A DNA stretch of 61,146 nt, filler included, from Dugesia japonica (GCA_001938525.1; 3 parts of 3 records of this genome joined end to end with filler, not necessarily neighbours in it), one strand, 5' to 3'. Positions 37,629 to 53,200 are shown, counted from the first letter of the whole stretch. The notes: generated from the letters alone by a model not told the origin. A program made the numbers and translations.

Positions 37629-37728
37629 NNNNNNNNNNNNNNNNNNNNNNNNNNNNNNNNNNNNNNNNNNNNTTAATTAATTAANNNNNNNNNNNNNNNN
37701 NNNNNNNNNNNNNNNNNNNNNNNNNNNN
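37629..37728. other. Artificial assembly linker N44-TTAATTAATTAA-N44
   Basis: Identical structure to 23509-23608. Confidence 0.92.
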
Positions 37729-37795
<67 letters not shown>

Positions 37796-38011
37796 GAAGT
37801 AGTAATTGATGAATAGTGTAAAATTATAACTATAAGTTTACAGTGATAATAAATAGATTGATAAAAAAATACTATGCATATAAAATTGAATTATATCTAT
37901 TAAAAACGTGGTGAAATTCGTGTTTTACTTTTATCGTTTTCTTCAAGACTTTTTTCTAACAAAAAACCTATAAAACGTCTAATCCAACGTTCTTTATTAT
38001 AAATAAATCTG

Positions 38012-38078
<67 letters not shown>

Positions 38079-38215
38079 NNNNNNNNNNNNNNNNNNNNNN
38101 NNNNNNNNNNNNNNNNNNNNNNNNNNNNNNNNNNNNNNNNNNNNNNNNNNNNNNNNNNNNNNNNNNNNNNNNNNNNNNNNNNNNNNNNNNNNNNNNNNNN
38201 NNNNNNNNNNNNNNN

Positions 38216-38258
<43 letters not shown>
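37729..38258. repeat. (AAT)n microsatellites flanking the last dynein exon
   Basis: Seen at 37729-37795 and 38014-38258 (with gap). Others at 40153-40341, 41108-41200 and 57503-57553; (TA)n at 60286-60314. Confidence 0.95.
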
Positions 38259-38263
<5 letters not shown>

Positions 38264-40276
38264 TCAATAAAAATTACATGATAAGTCATTCGTGTTTCTT
38301 CAACAGATGATTTTGTTGTCATAGATGATGAAGTATAATAATTAAATTGGAAGGGTTCCAAATTTAAAATTGGTAAGTCAATAAAACTTGGTAGTCGTTC
38401 AGATACAAACAAAGTTTTAGCTTTCAATTTATTTTTTGATATAAACCAAATTCGTTTATTGTTTTGAGATATATATCGATCATCAAACGACTGTAAATTC
38501 TTAACATTAAATCGAGGTTGAATTAAACAACTCAAAAATGATTCTATTGTACTAATAGATTTGTATGTCAGACTCAAATTAATATGCATTGAACTTTCGA
38601 ATTCAGAGCAAGTGAGTTTCTTGATAGTATCATCATTAAACCATGTTTCTTTGGTCAATGAAACGAAATTTGTTAAGAAATCTAAAATAAAAGATATTTG
38701 AAATAAAGTTATGCTAAGCTGTTTAATATTATATATACGACGAAACTCTTTTCTCTAAAGAGAAACATAGAACGTAAGGAGTTTTACAGAAGTTTTCATA
38801 AATCGATTTCTACCAACAGAACAGGAACCACAGTCTACACACAGTCCCACATAAGGGTGGGTACAGGTCTCNTTGTTCCAATAATTAACTCTAAGCTAAT
38901 AAAATGATACTATAGCAATTTTTCCATATGACCTGATCGTCAAGTCTATTGTTTCCTCATTGCAGATTTGACAAAATCTCATTATTAAAAAAAATACTGC
39001 GCCTGATTCTGTTCTTGAAGCTTTTTTTGAATGGATTGAGATTGCGTCTTTTCTAATTACAATTTACGATATCGGATAGCTAGCCAAATCATAGGGTTCT
39101 AATTTACCAAATACCAGAAAATTCAACGTGGAACAATGTATAGTACCCCTTTGTCATGACTAGGCAGATGTTCTTTTCTTCAACAAGTTGTTACTAGGGA
39201 TGAAAAGTGCATTCTATTCAGCAAACTACATAAAAAGAAACAATGGTTATCACCAAGACAAACAGACTGTTATCCAAAAATGATTTTACCGTCAATATGT
39301 TGGGGATTTCAAAGGAATCATTCATTATGAGATTCTGAAACCTAATCAATCCGTTAATAATGGTTAATATTGTACTCAATTTGATCGATTATTTGCGGTT
39401 TTGATTAAAAAGCGCCCAAGATTGACAAATAGAAATGGTGTACTTATTATGCTATGACGTATATTAATTTAATTAAAATTATTGTTAATCGTTATTTTAT
39501 TAAATCAAATTAAATAGTGACCAAATTGCTGAAAAAGTTATGATTTACATCAATACAAAAAGTGCAATATTGAGATATTAAAAAGTAATTGCAATAAATG
39601 AATTTTCTTAAAGATATTTACAATTAAAAAATTAATTATCCAAATCTAATAAAAAGTAATAATATAAATTTAATGCCCATAAATTTAATTGTTTAATTAA
39701 ATATAGTTATGAAAGATTATTATATCTGTAAGAATTTATGAAGCATCATATTTGTAATAAAACTATTAAATATATTTATTTAACTGTGTATAACTTTTCT
39801 TAGTTTCTTTTTAGAATTTTAGACGAAATACATTTTCCTCAAAACATTTAGTCGCTAATCAGAATTTTAGATCACTGTAGATAAGAATAGTATAAACAGA
39901 ACCACGGAAATCTTTAGAATAAAAAATATGTTCACTAATTTCCAAAGAAAAAATTCAGTTTTATTGAATCTATGAAGTAAACCCATTAAGTTTCATTTTG
40001 CATAGTAACATTTTAAAACAGGAAAAAGTCGTTAAGACTTTATTGACCAAAGGTTTCAGTACTGGTCATTGAAAATTACTTAAATTATATGTTTTTAGAG
40101 TTTTTGATAAAGAAAATTTTGTTAAAACCACTAAATTTTATTAAAATCTAAATATTATTATTATTATTATTNNNNNNNNNNNNNNNNNNNNNNNNNNNNN
40201 NNNNNNNNNNNNNNNNNNNNNNNNNNNNNNNNNNNNNNNNNNNNNNNNNNNNNNNNNNNNNNNNNNNNNNNNNNNN

Positions 40277-40343
<67 letters not shown>

Positions 40344-41135
40344 AATAGTAATAATGTTAACAATAAAACAAACATGATTGAAATTCTGGGAATGTGATAT
40401 TCAAATTATTAATAGTGATATCGTTTGAATTGACATTTTCAAACACGATTTGACAAAGAATTTTAATCATTTTGATATCGGTTTTATCGAAATATATTTT
40501 GATTAAAGCTAACTGAAGTAAAATTAATGAAACTAAAATGAAAAATCCAAAATTCAAAAAATACTTCAATAAGTTTAATTACAAATTGCTCTATGCTGGA
40601 CGGAGAGTTGAAATCTGTTTCCATATCGCAAGAATCCAAAAGAAGTAATTGATCCTTTATAAGACCAACGGGAATTTGTTTCCAGGTTGACATACCGCGA
40701 CAACCAAGTAATTGCCTTAACATCAATATTGAATTAATTAAATTAAGTCGCCAAATAATAGCCCCAGTGAGTTTAGAATTTTTTCCGATAATTTTAGTCA
40801 TTAAATCGTTTTGACTATGAAATGCAGACAACGAATAATAAAAAACTGAAGAAAAGGTTTTAAAAATATATTTTCATATTTATAGAATAAATTAAATTCA
40901 ATACTTTCTCCAATGACAAAATTATTAATATTAACATCTTGAGTTTTCATCGAGATTACTATCTTCTTTAAATTCTTTTCGGAAAGAATCAAAATAGTGT
41001 CAAGTAATTCCGAATTTAAATATTTGACAATTTTGTCTGTTTCTTTACTAACTAGCCACAAAAGTTTGGGAGACGGGTTTGTGTTTGAAACTGCAATAAA
41101 TGATTTATAATAATAATAATAATAAGAACAGTAAT

Positions 41136-41200
<65 letters not shown>

Positions 41201-44200
41201 NNNNNNNNNNNNNNNNNNNNNNNNNNNNNNNNNNNNNNNNNNNNNNNNNNNNNNNNNNNNNNNNNNNNNNNNNNNNNNNNNNNNNNNNNNNNNNNNNNNN
41301 NNNNNNNNNNNNNNNNNNNNNNNNNNNNNNNNNNNNNNNNNNNNNNNNNNNNNNNNNNNNNNNNNNNNNNNNNNNAATAAATACATAAACATAAATATTT
41401 AGGAGCTTCATATCAATTAAACAATTGCACAGACCGTCGAGGGTTTACGTACAGTATCTACTTTCTGTTACAAGTAACATTCTTATCAACGAACAGTTCG
41501 TTTTTGTATCACGAAAGAACTATTAACAGGTCTTCCAAACAACAATTTATTTGTATTTCTTTGAATTCGTGATGAATCCATTTGTCAAGCTTTCATGATT
41601 TCCAAATTTCTCGGAAATGGTTTGGAAACGGTCATGGATGATATTCTTATATCAAAAAAATGTTCTCAAACAGTTATACGCGGATCAGTTTCGACTAACT
41701 CCTTCAATTGACCATTGTCAATTGCAGGGCTCTGTTTACAGCATTCATCATCTTCGAGACCTTGATTTCTATTATCGAATTTCTGAATCGCGTTCAGCAA
41801 TGCGACAAATAAACTCTCTGCAATTTATAAAGATGTGTTGTGTCTACTAAGCACCCAGACTAGTAATGATATAATATTTTATAATAAGTTTTTTTGAATA
41901 TATAATGATGAGTTATTAGAATATTTTTATTGAATTATTCCCTATTTGTTATCCTGAACGTCATTTCAAAGGTTTAAACGAAAAATTCAACACCTTGTAA
42001 AATAATGCAGTGTAATCAAATCTATCATTTTGAGAAGTGTTATGAATGAGACCATTTTAAGTCTATTAATGGCAACTACCATTATCTGACATTTAATTAG
42101 TCACTTTATACATGGGCGGGAACCAGTGTTTGATGATAAAGAATGTGAGAGTCAATCTGAAATTTCTGATAAAGAAATTTAATATGCCAGAATTTTGATG
42201 GAAGAGCAATGAGTAATTACAAACAAGATTTCAGAGATCTTAAATATGAGTAAAGAAAGAGGTAGAACCATAATGAGTAATTATAGAATTCTAAAATTTG
42301 CATCCAAACGCTTTTCTTGTTTTATCACTAACTAAAAGCACCAAATCAGATTAAAATGCTGTAAATGTTTTTTGCATTTTTGATGAGAATAAAGATAATT
42401 TGGTGAAGAATATCATAAGTGATGATGAAACACCACTGTTATTGTAGCTTTCTATATCCAAATAAGAATCAGATGAATGTAAATTTACAGCTAAATCTGG
42501 TTCCAGAAAGATCCAATTTGTTAAATGCCATCGTAAATCTATGATGCTGAGCATTTTCTGGGATTACCTGGGTTTTTTTTGACTATTTTTATGGTAAAGA
42601 TATTTGGATAAATATTATTTTTGATCTTATTTAGGAGTTCAAGATGTGCTCAACAAAAATGGAGTAGCTATTACAAGATATGGTATTTTTCTTTAAAAAA
42701 AAGAAATTATGTTGCTTAATTACCTTACATATAGTTCGCATAACATACCAAGTGGTTTTCATCTATTTANNNNNNNNNNNNNNNNNNNNNNNNNNNNNNN
42801 NNNNNNNNNNNNNNNNNNNNNNNNNNNNNNNNNNNNNNNNNNNNNNNNNNNNNNNNNNNNNNNNNNAAAAATGAGAAGTCTTATGTTGAAAAATAGTATT
42901 TATATTGTATTAGTATTTCTATGTCGTAGTATGATGATCATATTATTTTGATTTAAAACTTAGTCCGAGTACTTATTGGACTATTCCCGAGATTTAATTT
43001 AATTTAATTTTCATAGAAAATAGGTATTTTTATTATCAATCAAGTCTTTATAGACGAATTAATGTTGAAATTTGCCAAAATAGTGGACTGAACAACCAAT
43101 TTTTTAACATGTACTCTACACGACAATTTTGGATCCTAAGCTAGCGTAGAGTTCTTTAGTTTTATTTTTACAGAAGCGACTGTTAATTTTCATAAAACCA
43201 GTTAAATTAGGAATGAAAATCAATTAATCAAAATAAAAACTAAGAGCCACAATATTTATTAGCTTACAGAAATTAAATTTATGGAAGAATATTTTCACTT
43301 TTTGTGTTTTTAAAATGTGGTTTTTTGACCAAAGTTCTAATTTTCGCATGAAAAAATAATAAAGATTTAATTGAAAACAAGATTCAATATATTTAAAATT
43401 TATATAATTCGATATATTTAATAAAAATTCACACATACACACATGCTTATAAAACGAATTTACCCTGTTATTAATAAAACTTATTAGGTGTTAATATAAG
43501 TTGTGTCCGTATTTTCTAAATAGTATGGATATAATTAAAAAAAAACAACTAGTAACCAATTAGTCAATAATATATTCTCCGTCACGATTTAAAACTTTTT
43601 GCTAGCGTTCTACACGTTTTTCGATGTCTCTTCGTAAAAATGCAATCGGTTTTCAATCAAAGAATTCGTCCAATAATGTCCTCAATTCGACTTTAGTATT
43701 GAAGGAAACGCCGCGCAATTTGTTCAAAAGCAACCTGAAAATATGGAAATCCGACAGCGCAAGGTTTGGAGAATATGGAAGATGCAACAGGACCTCAAAA
43801 GCAAGAGGTTGGATGATATTTTCTTGATATTAGCGATATAAGGGCGAGAATTATCGTGTTGCAGAAGAACACCATATTGCGATTCTGTCCAATTTTTGTT
43901 GAATTGCCGTGTTAAGTCACTGCATTTGCAGAAATTATAGTTCGGCGTTGACTGCTGGTTGCTTTCAAGTATCTCGTAATAAATGACGCTTTGCCAATGC
44001 CACAAGACGCACATCATCGTCTTTTTTTGCTCTGTGTGTTGCTTGTTCACCATGGTTCACCAATTTTTTCCGTTGCTTCGTATTAGCATAAAGACACCAT
44101 TTTTCATCACCTATAATAATACGGTAAAGAAACCTTTTCTTGCAACTTGCGTAGTTTGATGACGCGCGCGCCAACCAGAAGAAATTGCCGCACATTGATA

Positions 44201-47200
44201 TTTCTTACTTTCACTTAAAATATGTGAGATCCAAGCATCAAATCTCTGAACTTTCCCCACCGACTGAAGATGACATTATACAGTAGTTTAACAGAGATTT
44301 TCATAATTAAACTTGTTTCAATGGTCCTTATTGAATTACATTGGTTGCTCCAAACTTCCTTTTCCTTCTGGTTGGAATTACCGTTTTTGAAATGGCAAAA
44401 CCATTGACGAGCTTTCCTTTTATTTATTACATCTTTACTATACACTGCGCAAATATCGTGAGCTGTATGAGTACTTTTATTCCCTTCATTAAACGCAAAC
44501 AGGAGAATGTATCAAAGGTGATATCTTATTCTACTTGAAATTCAATTTCGAAGACCTATAATTAAAATAATGGATGTTCAAATTACGTATAATCTTTATT
44601 GATCTGATCTTTATATTATTATTAATTGTATTGATTATAAAAATTTGAATATAATAAAATTTGCATGTATTTTTAAAGTTGAATGTTAACACCTAATGTA
44701 AACATTTTTAGTGTGGTTCTTCAAAAATATAAATAGTTAAATAATTTATTATAACTAAATGAAATCTTACTTAAATTTTTCAGAAATTGTTTAATAATTT
44801 TCAGCGTGCGAATAATATTCTGTTCAGTGAAACTGACAACAATCCAGTCAGATTTTCTAGTATCGTTCTCAAGAATTGAATACAATTGATCATAAGATAT
44901 TGTACTGCAGTTTACAAATGATGCGGAAATTGACTGATTCTGGTGGAAATATAATATTTTTAAATTTAAAATTGTTGCAAATGAATATTTAATTTTTAAT
45001 AGACCAAAAATGTCCAAATTAAGCTCTGTGAAATTTTATTTTTATAAATAATTTATAAAAACGGTTACCTCAAATTAATGTTTGCAACAGCTTCCATAAA
45101 ACTTATAAACATTTATTTTTTACCAAAAAAAATTGAATTTAAAATTACAGTTAATACGAGAATAATTGTTGGACTTAACAATTGATAGTATTTGAGATTT
45201 CATTAAATTAAAAGCTTCGATCGAAATATTGTTTTTTTCTAGATATTTTATTTTATTAGTTCTTGGTAATATTTCGAATTTTCGATTTTGTCTTCGTCAG
45301 GAATTGACTTATTTAAAAAGTCAAATTGTTCTGTATAAATTTTAAATTGTTGTAATTTCTATTATTAATTAATTGTTATATTTTAATTATTTTAATTAAA
45401 TAATTAAAATAATTAAATAATATCATTACATAAAAATTTGCTAAAAACCAGTAAAATTTTCTTATTTATAAAATAAAAATCATTAAAAAAACCTTTGCTA
45501 ATTGACCTATAGCAATCAATGGATCTTCGTTTTCAAAACTCTCAACAGATAAATGATCTGGTGAAGGAACAATATTTCTTGACATTAAAATACATTTCGT
45601 ATTGGGAAATCTCTCAATAATACTTTGAAAATCAATAGATTTATTGTTTTTCATGATAAAATCTAAAGAAATTTTATCCATCATTATTTTGCAACGATCG
45701 GGTCTGAAAATTCTCAAAAGAATTAATTTAGTAAATTTATTTGTATTTATTTTAATTAAAGTGTCATTATCTGAGCTATTAGATAAATCATCTAACGGTG
45801 TAACATCAGCGTTTTCGATTTCATCTATCTCATACCTAAATGTTAACCTAGTTAATATAACGCATTTCCATTAAGAATTTCACCAAGATTTCCACTTTTC
45901 ACTATTCTCTGCAACTTTGACGCATAATTCTGTAAGAGGTCCAGGTAGAATCGAAACCGCCAAGATTTCATCCCATGTATTACTCGTTATCCAATTGGGT
46001 ACATTAATAAAACAATCAAAATCACTTAATGTAAGTTTCATTTCAGGCTTTAAAGATCCTAACAACAAACCTTAAAAAAATACTAATGATTAAATTTAAT
46101 TCACCATGTATAAAAAATTCCAATTCCATAGCAGATGGTGCATTTATTGGATCTTCAGATAACCACAGATAATAGATAAATCGATATTCCAAAAATTCTT
46201 GATGTGAAAGACATCTGAAAAATAAAAAATTATAGTAGTGAAAAATACTCAAGAAAATACAAAAAAAATAAGTAAAAAAAATTAAAAAATATGTAATGAT
46301 ATCATAATAGAGTATTAGAATCCGCGTATGTATACTACATGCGTCCGAGCATTTTTGCTTCACTTAACCGCCTGATCAACTAAATTGTAGCGGAATTTGT
46401 CTCATGTAAACGAAATTCTCATCAAAAATGTCTAGTAAAATATTTTCCACTAGAAGTGGGTACTGAAGAAAAAACCGTAATTATATATAAAATGGAGAAT
46501 TCATAAAGTGCACAAAATCATTTCAACTATATAACTCTATAAATTAAATTACAATTTCTTTTGTGAAATTAAAAAAACCAATGGTAAAACAACCTAGTCT
46601 AAAATATCAATGTTTGTCAACCATCTATTGTGAATGACAATGAAAGATTGACTTGAACAGCAATCTACTTTATTCAAGAACTAACAAATGGAAAAGGGTT
46701 GTCAATAAAGTTTATATTTCTAAACAAATATTACTACTTAATTAATTTCAATAAAAATACAAAAATGCCATAGAAAGTTTCTTACAATTGCAGGCGATAA
46801 AGAACAGACGATTCAAACATCATCACGAGATCTTTGATATTTTCTTCAGTTAATAATTTAAAGGTTTTATCTAAATCAGAATCGCATTTATCGATGTTTT
46901 CGATTTGATTTGAAATATTTTGTATTTGTTTCAATTTCTCTGGCAATTCCATCTGATCTTGTTGAAGAAGTCTTGATAAATTGTCGCGGTGTTTTGATTT
47001 TAATTGTGGTTTCCATGGTCTTGGACGAATAACTCCTCTTCTTTGCATGTAAAATTCAAAACTTTTCAATTTAAGTTGATTTTTAGATGATCTTATTCCA
47101 GTGATTTCTTGAGCTAAAAATCTTTTTTCTTCACTATCAATAGAATTCAACAATTGCTCAACAAGATATTTGTCATCTAAGTATAACGTTAAAATATCTG

Positions 47201-50200
47201 TAACTTAAAAGAAATTGAAAATACCTTCATCACTAGTTTCAAAATTAACTATTTGATCACTCGTGGACCATTTTAGAATACTTTCTTCATCTGTAATTTA
47301 ATATACAAAATCAATTTTAAAAAGTAAAAAAATTATTATAGATAATTGTAAAATTATAATTATAAATATAAATAATTATATAAATATAATAATAATCAAT
47401 ATAGAATCGGTATTGTGCAATTGTAAATAATTAAAAGAAGAATTCTAACTGAATTCAGTTTTATGATATGTTCGATGATATTGTGAAATGTATAAATTTA
47501 AAATTCAAAAGTTAATAATTACAATAATTGAACAAATTAAATATTCTTTAGGAAACTTTTAAAATGGAATCAGAAATAACAACTTCTGCATGATAATTAG
47601 AAGAGTCATGGAAAATTAAATAAGTTCTTTGAACACTTTTGTTCCTAAACTGTCTCCTAGATGAGGGTATCAAAAAGGTGACTGGGTTGATTAAAAGTTT
47701 GTATTCAAACTGAACCAGTTATTCTATTCTATAAGATCTCAACCAGTCTTGTTGTAAATAATAGAGGGGTTTAATGTGGAGCAGAAATATATCGAATTTA
47801 GATATTCTTATCTGACGGCTCAGTTTAATTCAATTCTAAATCGAATCCATATAAATTCCGATGATCTATGAAATATCCATCAACTCAAGAAGATTATAAT
47901 TATGTACTACAATAAATCTTTGCCTCTATTGCCTCTCATTGTTCCAGAAACATATATATCTAAAGATCTTAGCTGAATAGTCAAATCGAAACTATTTTAG
48001 TAATTATCCATATATAATTTGTGATTTTTACCGGAAAAAATTAGAATGTTTACTGTCTCTTTTATAGTTCTACGAACTCCAATGTAAAACACGAAGTTAC
48101 AAATAAATCCGCTTGAGGATTCAGCCAAAAGATAAAATTTTAATCCCACTTTTGTTGGATTTAGAGGCATATACGTTTTATATCTATATCTGCCTTTAAA
48201 TTTGCACATACCCTCGCCTATAGTTAAATATTCTCAGGGAGAGAATATTTCAGCAAATCTTTGATTTAAATAGTTCGATATTTTATCTGTTGCAGTATTA
48301 TTTCTTTTCTCACTTACATAATCTCTTTGCAGTGTCGTAAAGCCAAAATGTTGATTTATTTGAGTATATCTTTTCAAAGTCATTATCTTTCTTGAGAAAG
48401 CAACGTGAAAGATAGAATTTGACGATATCCAGTACAATTTTTATCTGTGGAAGCTTTAGTATCCCGAAATAAATGTCCAGTCCTATAAATTTTCGAATTT
48501 TTTCTTTATTGACATATTTTATATGAGTGGAAACATCACTTTTATTCTGTCTATTAGTTCGTTGAATTCGTTTATTGGTTTGTTTCTTAACAAAATCATA
48601 CAACTCGGCTGTAAAGAAAGTTCGAAATAGCCAAGTACTGAAGAAGGAGGATCTATATTTAATTTTTCTTCACCGGTAAATTGCTTGTGAGGGATCTCAT
48701 AAAATTCTTTTGACCAACCANNNNNNNNNNNNNNNNNNNNNNNNNNNNNNNNNNNNNNNNNNNNNNNNNNNNNNNNNNNNNNNNNNNNNNNNNNNNNNNN
48801 NNNNNNNNNNNNNNNNNNNNNNNNNNNNNNNNNNNNNNNNNNNNNNNNNNNNNNNNNNNNNNNNNNNNNNNNNNNNNNNNNNNNNNNNNNNNNNNNNNNN
48901 NNNNNNNNNNNNNNNNNNNNNNNNNNNNNNNNNNNAAATTTAAAAACTGAAAGGGTTAACATATTTTTATTTAATGGCAGGGTCGTACTGTAAATTTTGA
49001 GGACCCTGTGCAAACACTAAAAAAAATTTATTGAATTCATTTTTATTTATTTTATTTAAAAATTAATAACAAAAAAAGCAATTTTNNNNNNNNNNNNNNN
49101 NNNNNNNNNNNNNNNNNNNNNNNNNNNNNNNNNNNTTGTATCCGACATTCTGATTGTATTTGTATCTATTTCAAATGCAGTTTTATTAGGCTCTCCATCT
49201 GAAATATCACTCGTATCTAACAAATTGATTTCTTGTTTGTTTGCCATTTAGAGGGGTAAATTTTTTATATTACAAATATGAGATTTTTGAATTTCAAGCC
49301 CTTATAGAAAATCTCAAATATNNNNNNNNNNNNNNNNNNNNNNNNNNNNNNNNNNNNNNNNNNNNNNNNNNNNNNNNNNNNNNNNNNNNNNNNNNNNNAA
49401 ACACTAAAAAAAATTTATTGAATTCATTTTTATTTATTTTATTTAAAAATTAATAACAAAAAAAGCAATTTTTCTAGCTCTTTTGTTGGCAAATTCATCA
49501 ACAATATCATTGTAATTAATGGTTTTGGCTGTTGCATTTTCAATCGACAGTATTGCTAATCCAGAAAGTTTTTCCTGTGACATTGTAGACCGTAGATAAT
49601 TTTCAATTAGTTTTAGTTTTAAAAACGATCGTTCACAATTAGCAACGATAATGGGTATTGTTAAAATTATTCGATATACGATACATAAATATGGATATAA
49701 TTCTTCCAAATTCCTTTCTAAAATGAATTCCAAATTCTCCAAATTAGTATATTTATCTTCTAAAATATATCTTAAAATAGAAATTTTAATTTCAAATTCC
49801 AAATCTTCAATATCGCCTTCAACGTGTTTGACTAGATTTAATATTTAGGGCCCCCAAAAAATAGGGGACCCAGTGCGATTGAACTTGTTGCACTTGCGAT
49901 AGTACGGCGCTGTTTAATGGTGCTTTCTAGCACCGTCGGACGACAAATGGTTAACCGAAAATTTCAAAATACAATCTTATCTATTTTTATTAAATAAATA
50001 TGTAAAATAGGATGGCCAATGTTTGATAAAAAAGCCATCTTATATTCAGTATAATTTCTTGAATCTTTGTTTAAATAATATAGACTGAATAAACTCATTT
50101 TTTTCATTTTTGTCTGATGATGACAGTTGAATCATTGAAATATATACCAATTAAATTTTATTTTAAATAGCGTTATTTATTTTTAATTAAATAATTGATA

Positions 50201-53200
50201 TCTTTAGCAAATATGGTACGAATTAAAATTGTTTTGATATTAAAAAAATTTAATACGTAACGTATGAGCTCATTTCAATTTTCATTTGCCATTATTTAAT
50301 TGGTCGCATATTACGAGTGTGATATTAGAAATGCTATACTTACTTGTTTTCCCATTTAAAGCCGTAGTTGAATTATGTCCAACAAAACCATTTTCAATAT
50401 TGTTGTCATTTGTTTCATTTGTATTTGAAGGCAGTATATATTCGAATTCATTATTTTCTATCATTACTTTTTCAAAAATTTCTAAATAAATTGTTGCAGT
50501 AAAAGAAATATTTGGATTAATTTTCCCCATATTTGTTAAGCATCTAATTTATCAATCAAAATTTGAAATATAAAAAATCAATTACTGTAGTATCACTTCC
50601 ATTCTCATCAATTGTTTTTTGATATTAAATTTATTTTGATTGATTTCTTTTAAAAATTGATTATATTGATTGATTTTTTCTTTAACTAATTTAATATCAT
50701 CGATAATCAATTTTAATAATTCAATATTTTCATTATTCCATATTTTCCCTGTTGATTGATTAGATTTTATCAAGATCAAATGTAATTCTTGCATTAGAAT
50801 ATTGAGTTGTCGACGATATTTTTCATTCAATTTTTTTCGTGATTCTATCCTAGTAACAAATTAGTTAAAATAAAAATTCAATGATTTTTTTTTGGTTATT
50901 ATCATTTTGTAATTGAATAAATTTTATGGATTTAACTAATGAATCAAATTTGAATTCTTGACCGTCGACTAACATTTTCATAAACATGGTGACTATGGTA
51001 AATACAGAGGAAATCACGAAAAGATTATTGCCAAGGAAATCACGTGAAATATATTTCAAAACCAAGGACATCACACAGAAGAGAAAAGATAAGAGATTGA
51101 AAGCATGCAAAAACAATAAAAAGTGAGAAGGATTTCAATTCAGGCTAGGAATAGAATATGATTACGAAAGAGAAATAGTCAAAGATTATTGAATTTAATT
51201 AAATAATTAATTAAAATTTATAGAATTAAAAAAGCTAAGGTAAAAAGATTGAAGCATATTTTAAAAAAGTAGAAGACTTGAGGGACTCTTATTATATAAG
51301 AGCAGAATGCATAATAAAAGAAATAGTAGAGTACTGCACGTGTCAAGAAACCGACACATAAGCAGGTATTACCCGAATAAAAGAGAACCAAGATGTTTTG
51401 ATCATGGAAAAGAAGGCAATATAAGAAAATTATGTTAGAAAATACGTTGTAAGAGATACAACGTAAATTATCATACAGCTGTGGAATATTATACAAAGTT
51501 GAACTACAGAAGAACGATTGAAAAGCAAAGACCGACAGGAAACACATACAATTGGATAAAATGAATCAAAAGAGAAGAGAAAAGAAAATCATATGTAGAA
51601 ACCGACGAAGTCAAATGTTGTAAGCTTTTATGAAAGAAGTTGGTTGGAACCATTTACTTAAGGTTGATGGGATAACCTCATGAGGCCGAAGGATAGGAGA
51701 ATGTTGAAATAATAAGGGAGAAGATATACAGGTTTCTAAAGAAAGAAAAGTTTGAAAAAGTGATAGAAAGAATTGGAACAGTTGAAGCGAGATATATGGT
51801 AAAAATATTTCGCATAATAAGTTACATGGAAAGCCCAGCATAACAATTATAATAAATGGAAAAGTTTCAAATTTCTTTTAAACTCCAGGACAAAAAATCA
51901 ATGTAATGAGTATGAACTGTTTTAACAAGTTACGAAAACAATATTTCATGAGAAGTGACGATAAATTACGACGCACAAAACAAGAGCACGACTGAAACAG
52001 AAGAAAAAATGAACGTATAAGTAACTTTCAGAGATACTTCAAAGGAAATTGTATTCACATAGAGACGCTGATGTCAGATTTGATCAGAGAAGTAGAATTA
52101 ATAGAGTTATAAGGATATAAGCTATTGAAAAGGAAAGATATTGAATCGAGTGAAAAAGATAAAAACTACAGTAACGAAAATAATAATTTTATCAGTGTTA
52201 TATTTTAATATTTTCAAAAGGAATAAGATTATTTTTTGCTTATTGTATATCTATAAAATTGAAGCGATGTTCGGCAAACATATAAAAGATAGAGAACAAT
52301 TGATTCAAGCCTTCTAAAGTCTTCAGAAATTCTAAAGACCAAGAAAGACAAAAAATTAAAGGAAATAATAATTAACGTGTTTTTGGTTGATAAATTGTAA
52401 ATGAGTTGGATCTGGTAAAGCATAAGATGATGAACCAATCGACAGGAAGCCATATTATCAGACAGAAAATTTGGAAACAAATATCGAAGCAATATAGAAC
52501 TTGTTTAAAAAAGGGATTATGCAAAAATACAATTCCACTAGAACACACTATTAGTTAAACGCGGTAACACAGAGACTGATATTTATAATGTCAAAGATAA
52601 ATGAAATGTTGGAGTTGTATTTTTCAGTTCAATCGACTTTAACTCTCAAGCTCTAAAACGGGTTGAATATATAAAACTAATTATTCACTTTAAAATTTTT
52701 AACCATTGAGCTCTGAATAAAAAAATTAAATATTTGGAAAATTACGAAAATAAACTAAGGCGTAGATTAAAAAAGTTTCAAAAAAACTAAACTTTTCTTT
52801 TTTCCCAAATTTTCAGTTTTATCTTCTTCAGGAGTTGTGATGATTTATTCAATTTGGAGGTTAATATCAATTTTTTTAAAATTAAATCTTTTTATCCTGA
52901 TTTTAATTGGGTAATATTATTGAAAATTATATTAATATCTGGTATAAATGTCTCAGTTTATTTTCGTAATTTTGAAAATATTNNNNNNNNNNNNNNNNNN
53001 NNNNNNNNNNNNNNNNNNNNNNNNNNNNNNNNNNNNNNNNNNNNNNNNNNNNNNNNNNNNNNNNNNNNNNCCAATAAATGATATACAAATATAAAATCTC
53101 GGTAGACTAAAATATTTAAATATTAATTTTATTATATTTTACTTGGTGAGGTTATCACCAATATGCAAAAAGCACTTCTCCGTCATTTCATCAATAATGT

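Noticed and set aside
37968-41411. Poly-Y/I/L/N ORFs in the track (also 5855-6194)
   Set aside because: Translations of (ATT)n repeats and N runs.
49004-49470. Duplication of about 75 bp and a displaced piggyBac-like N-terminal piece inside the hAT
   Set aside because: Bounded by N gaps; most likely mis-ordered contigs.
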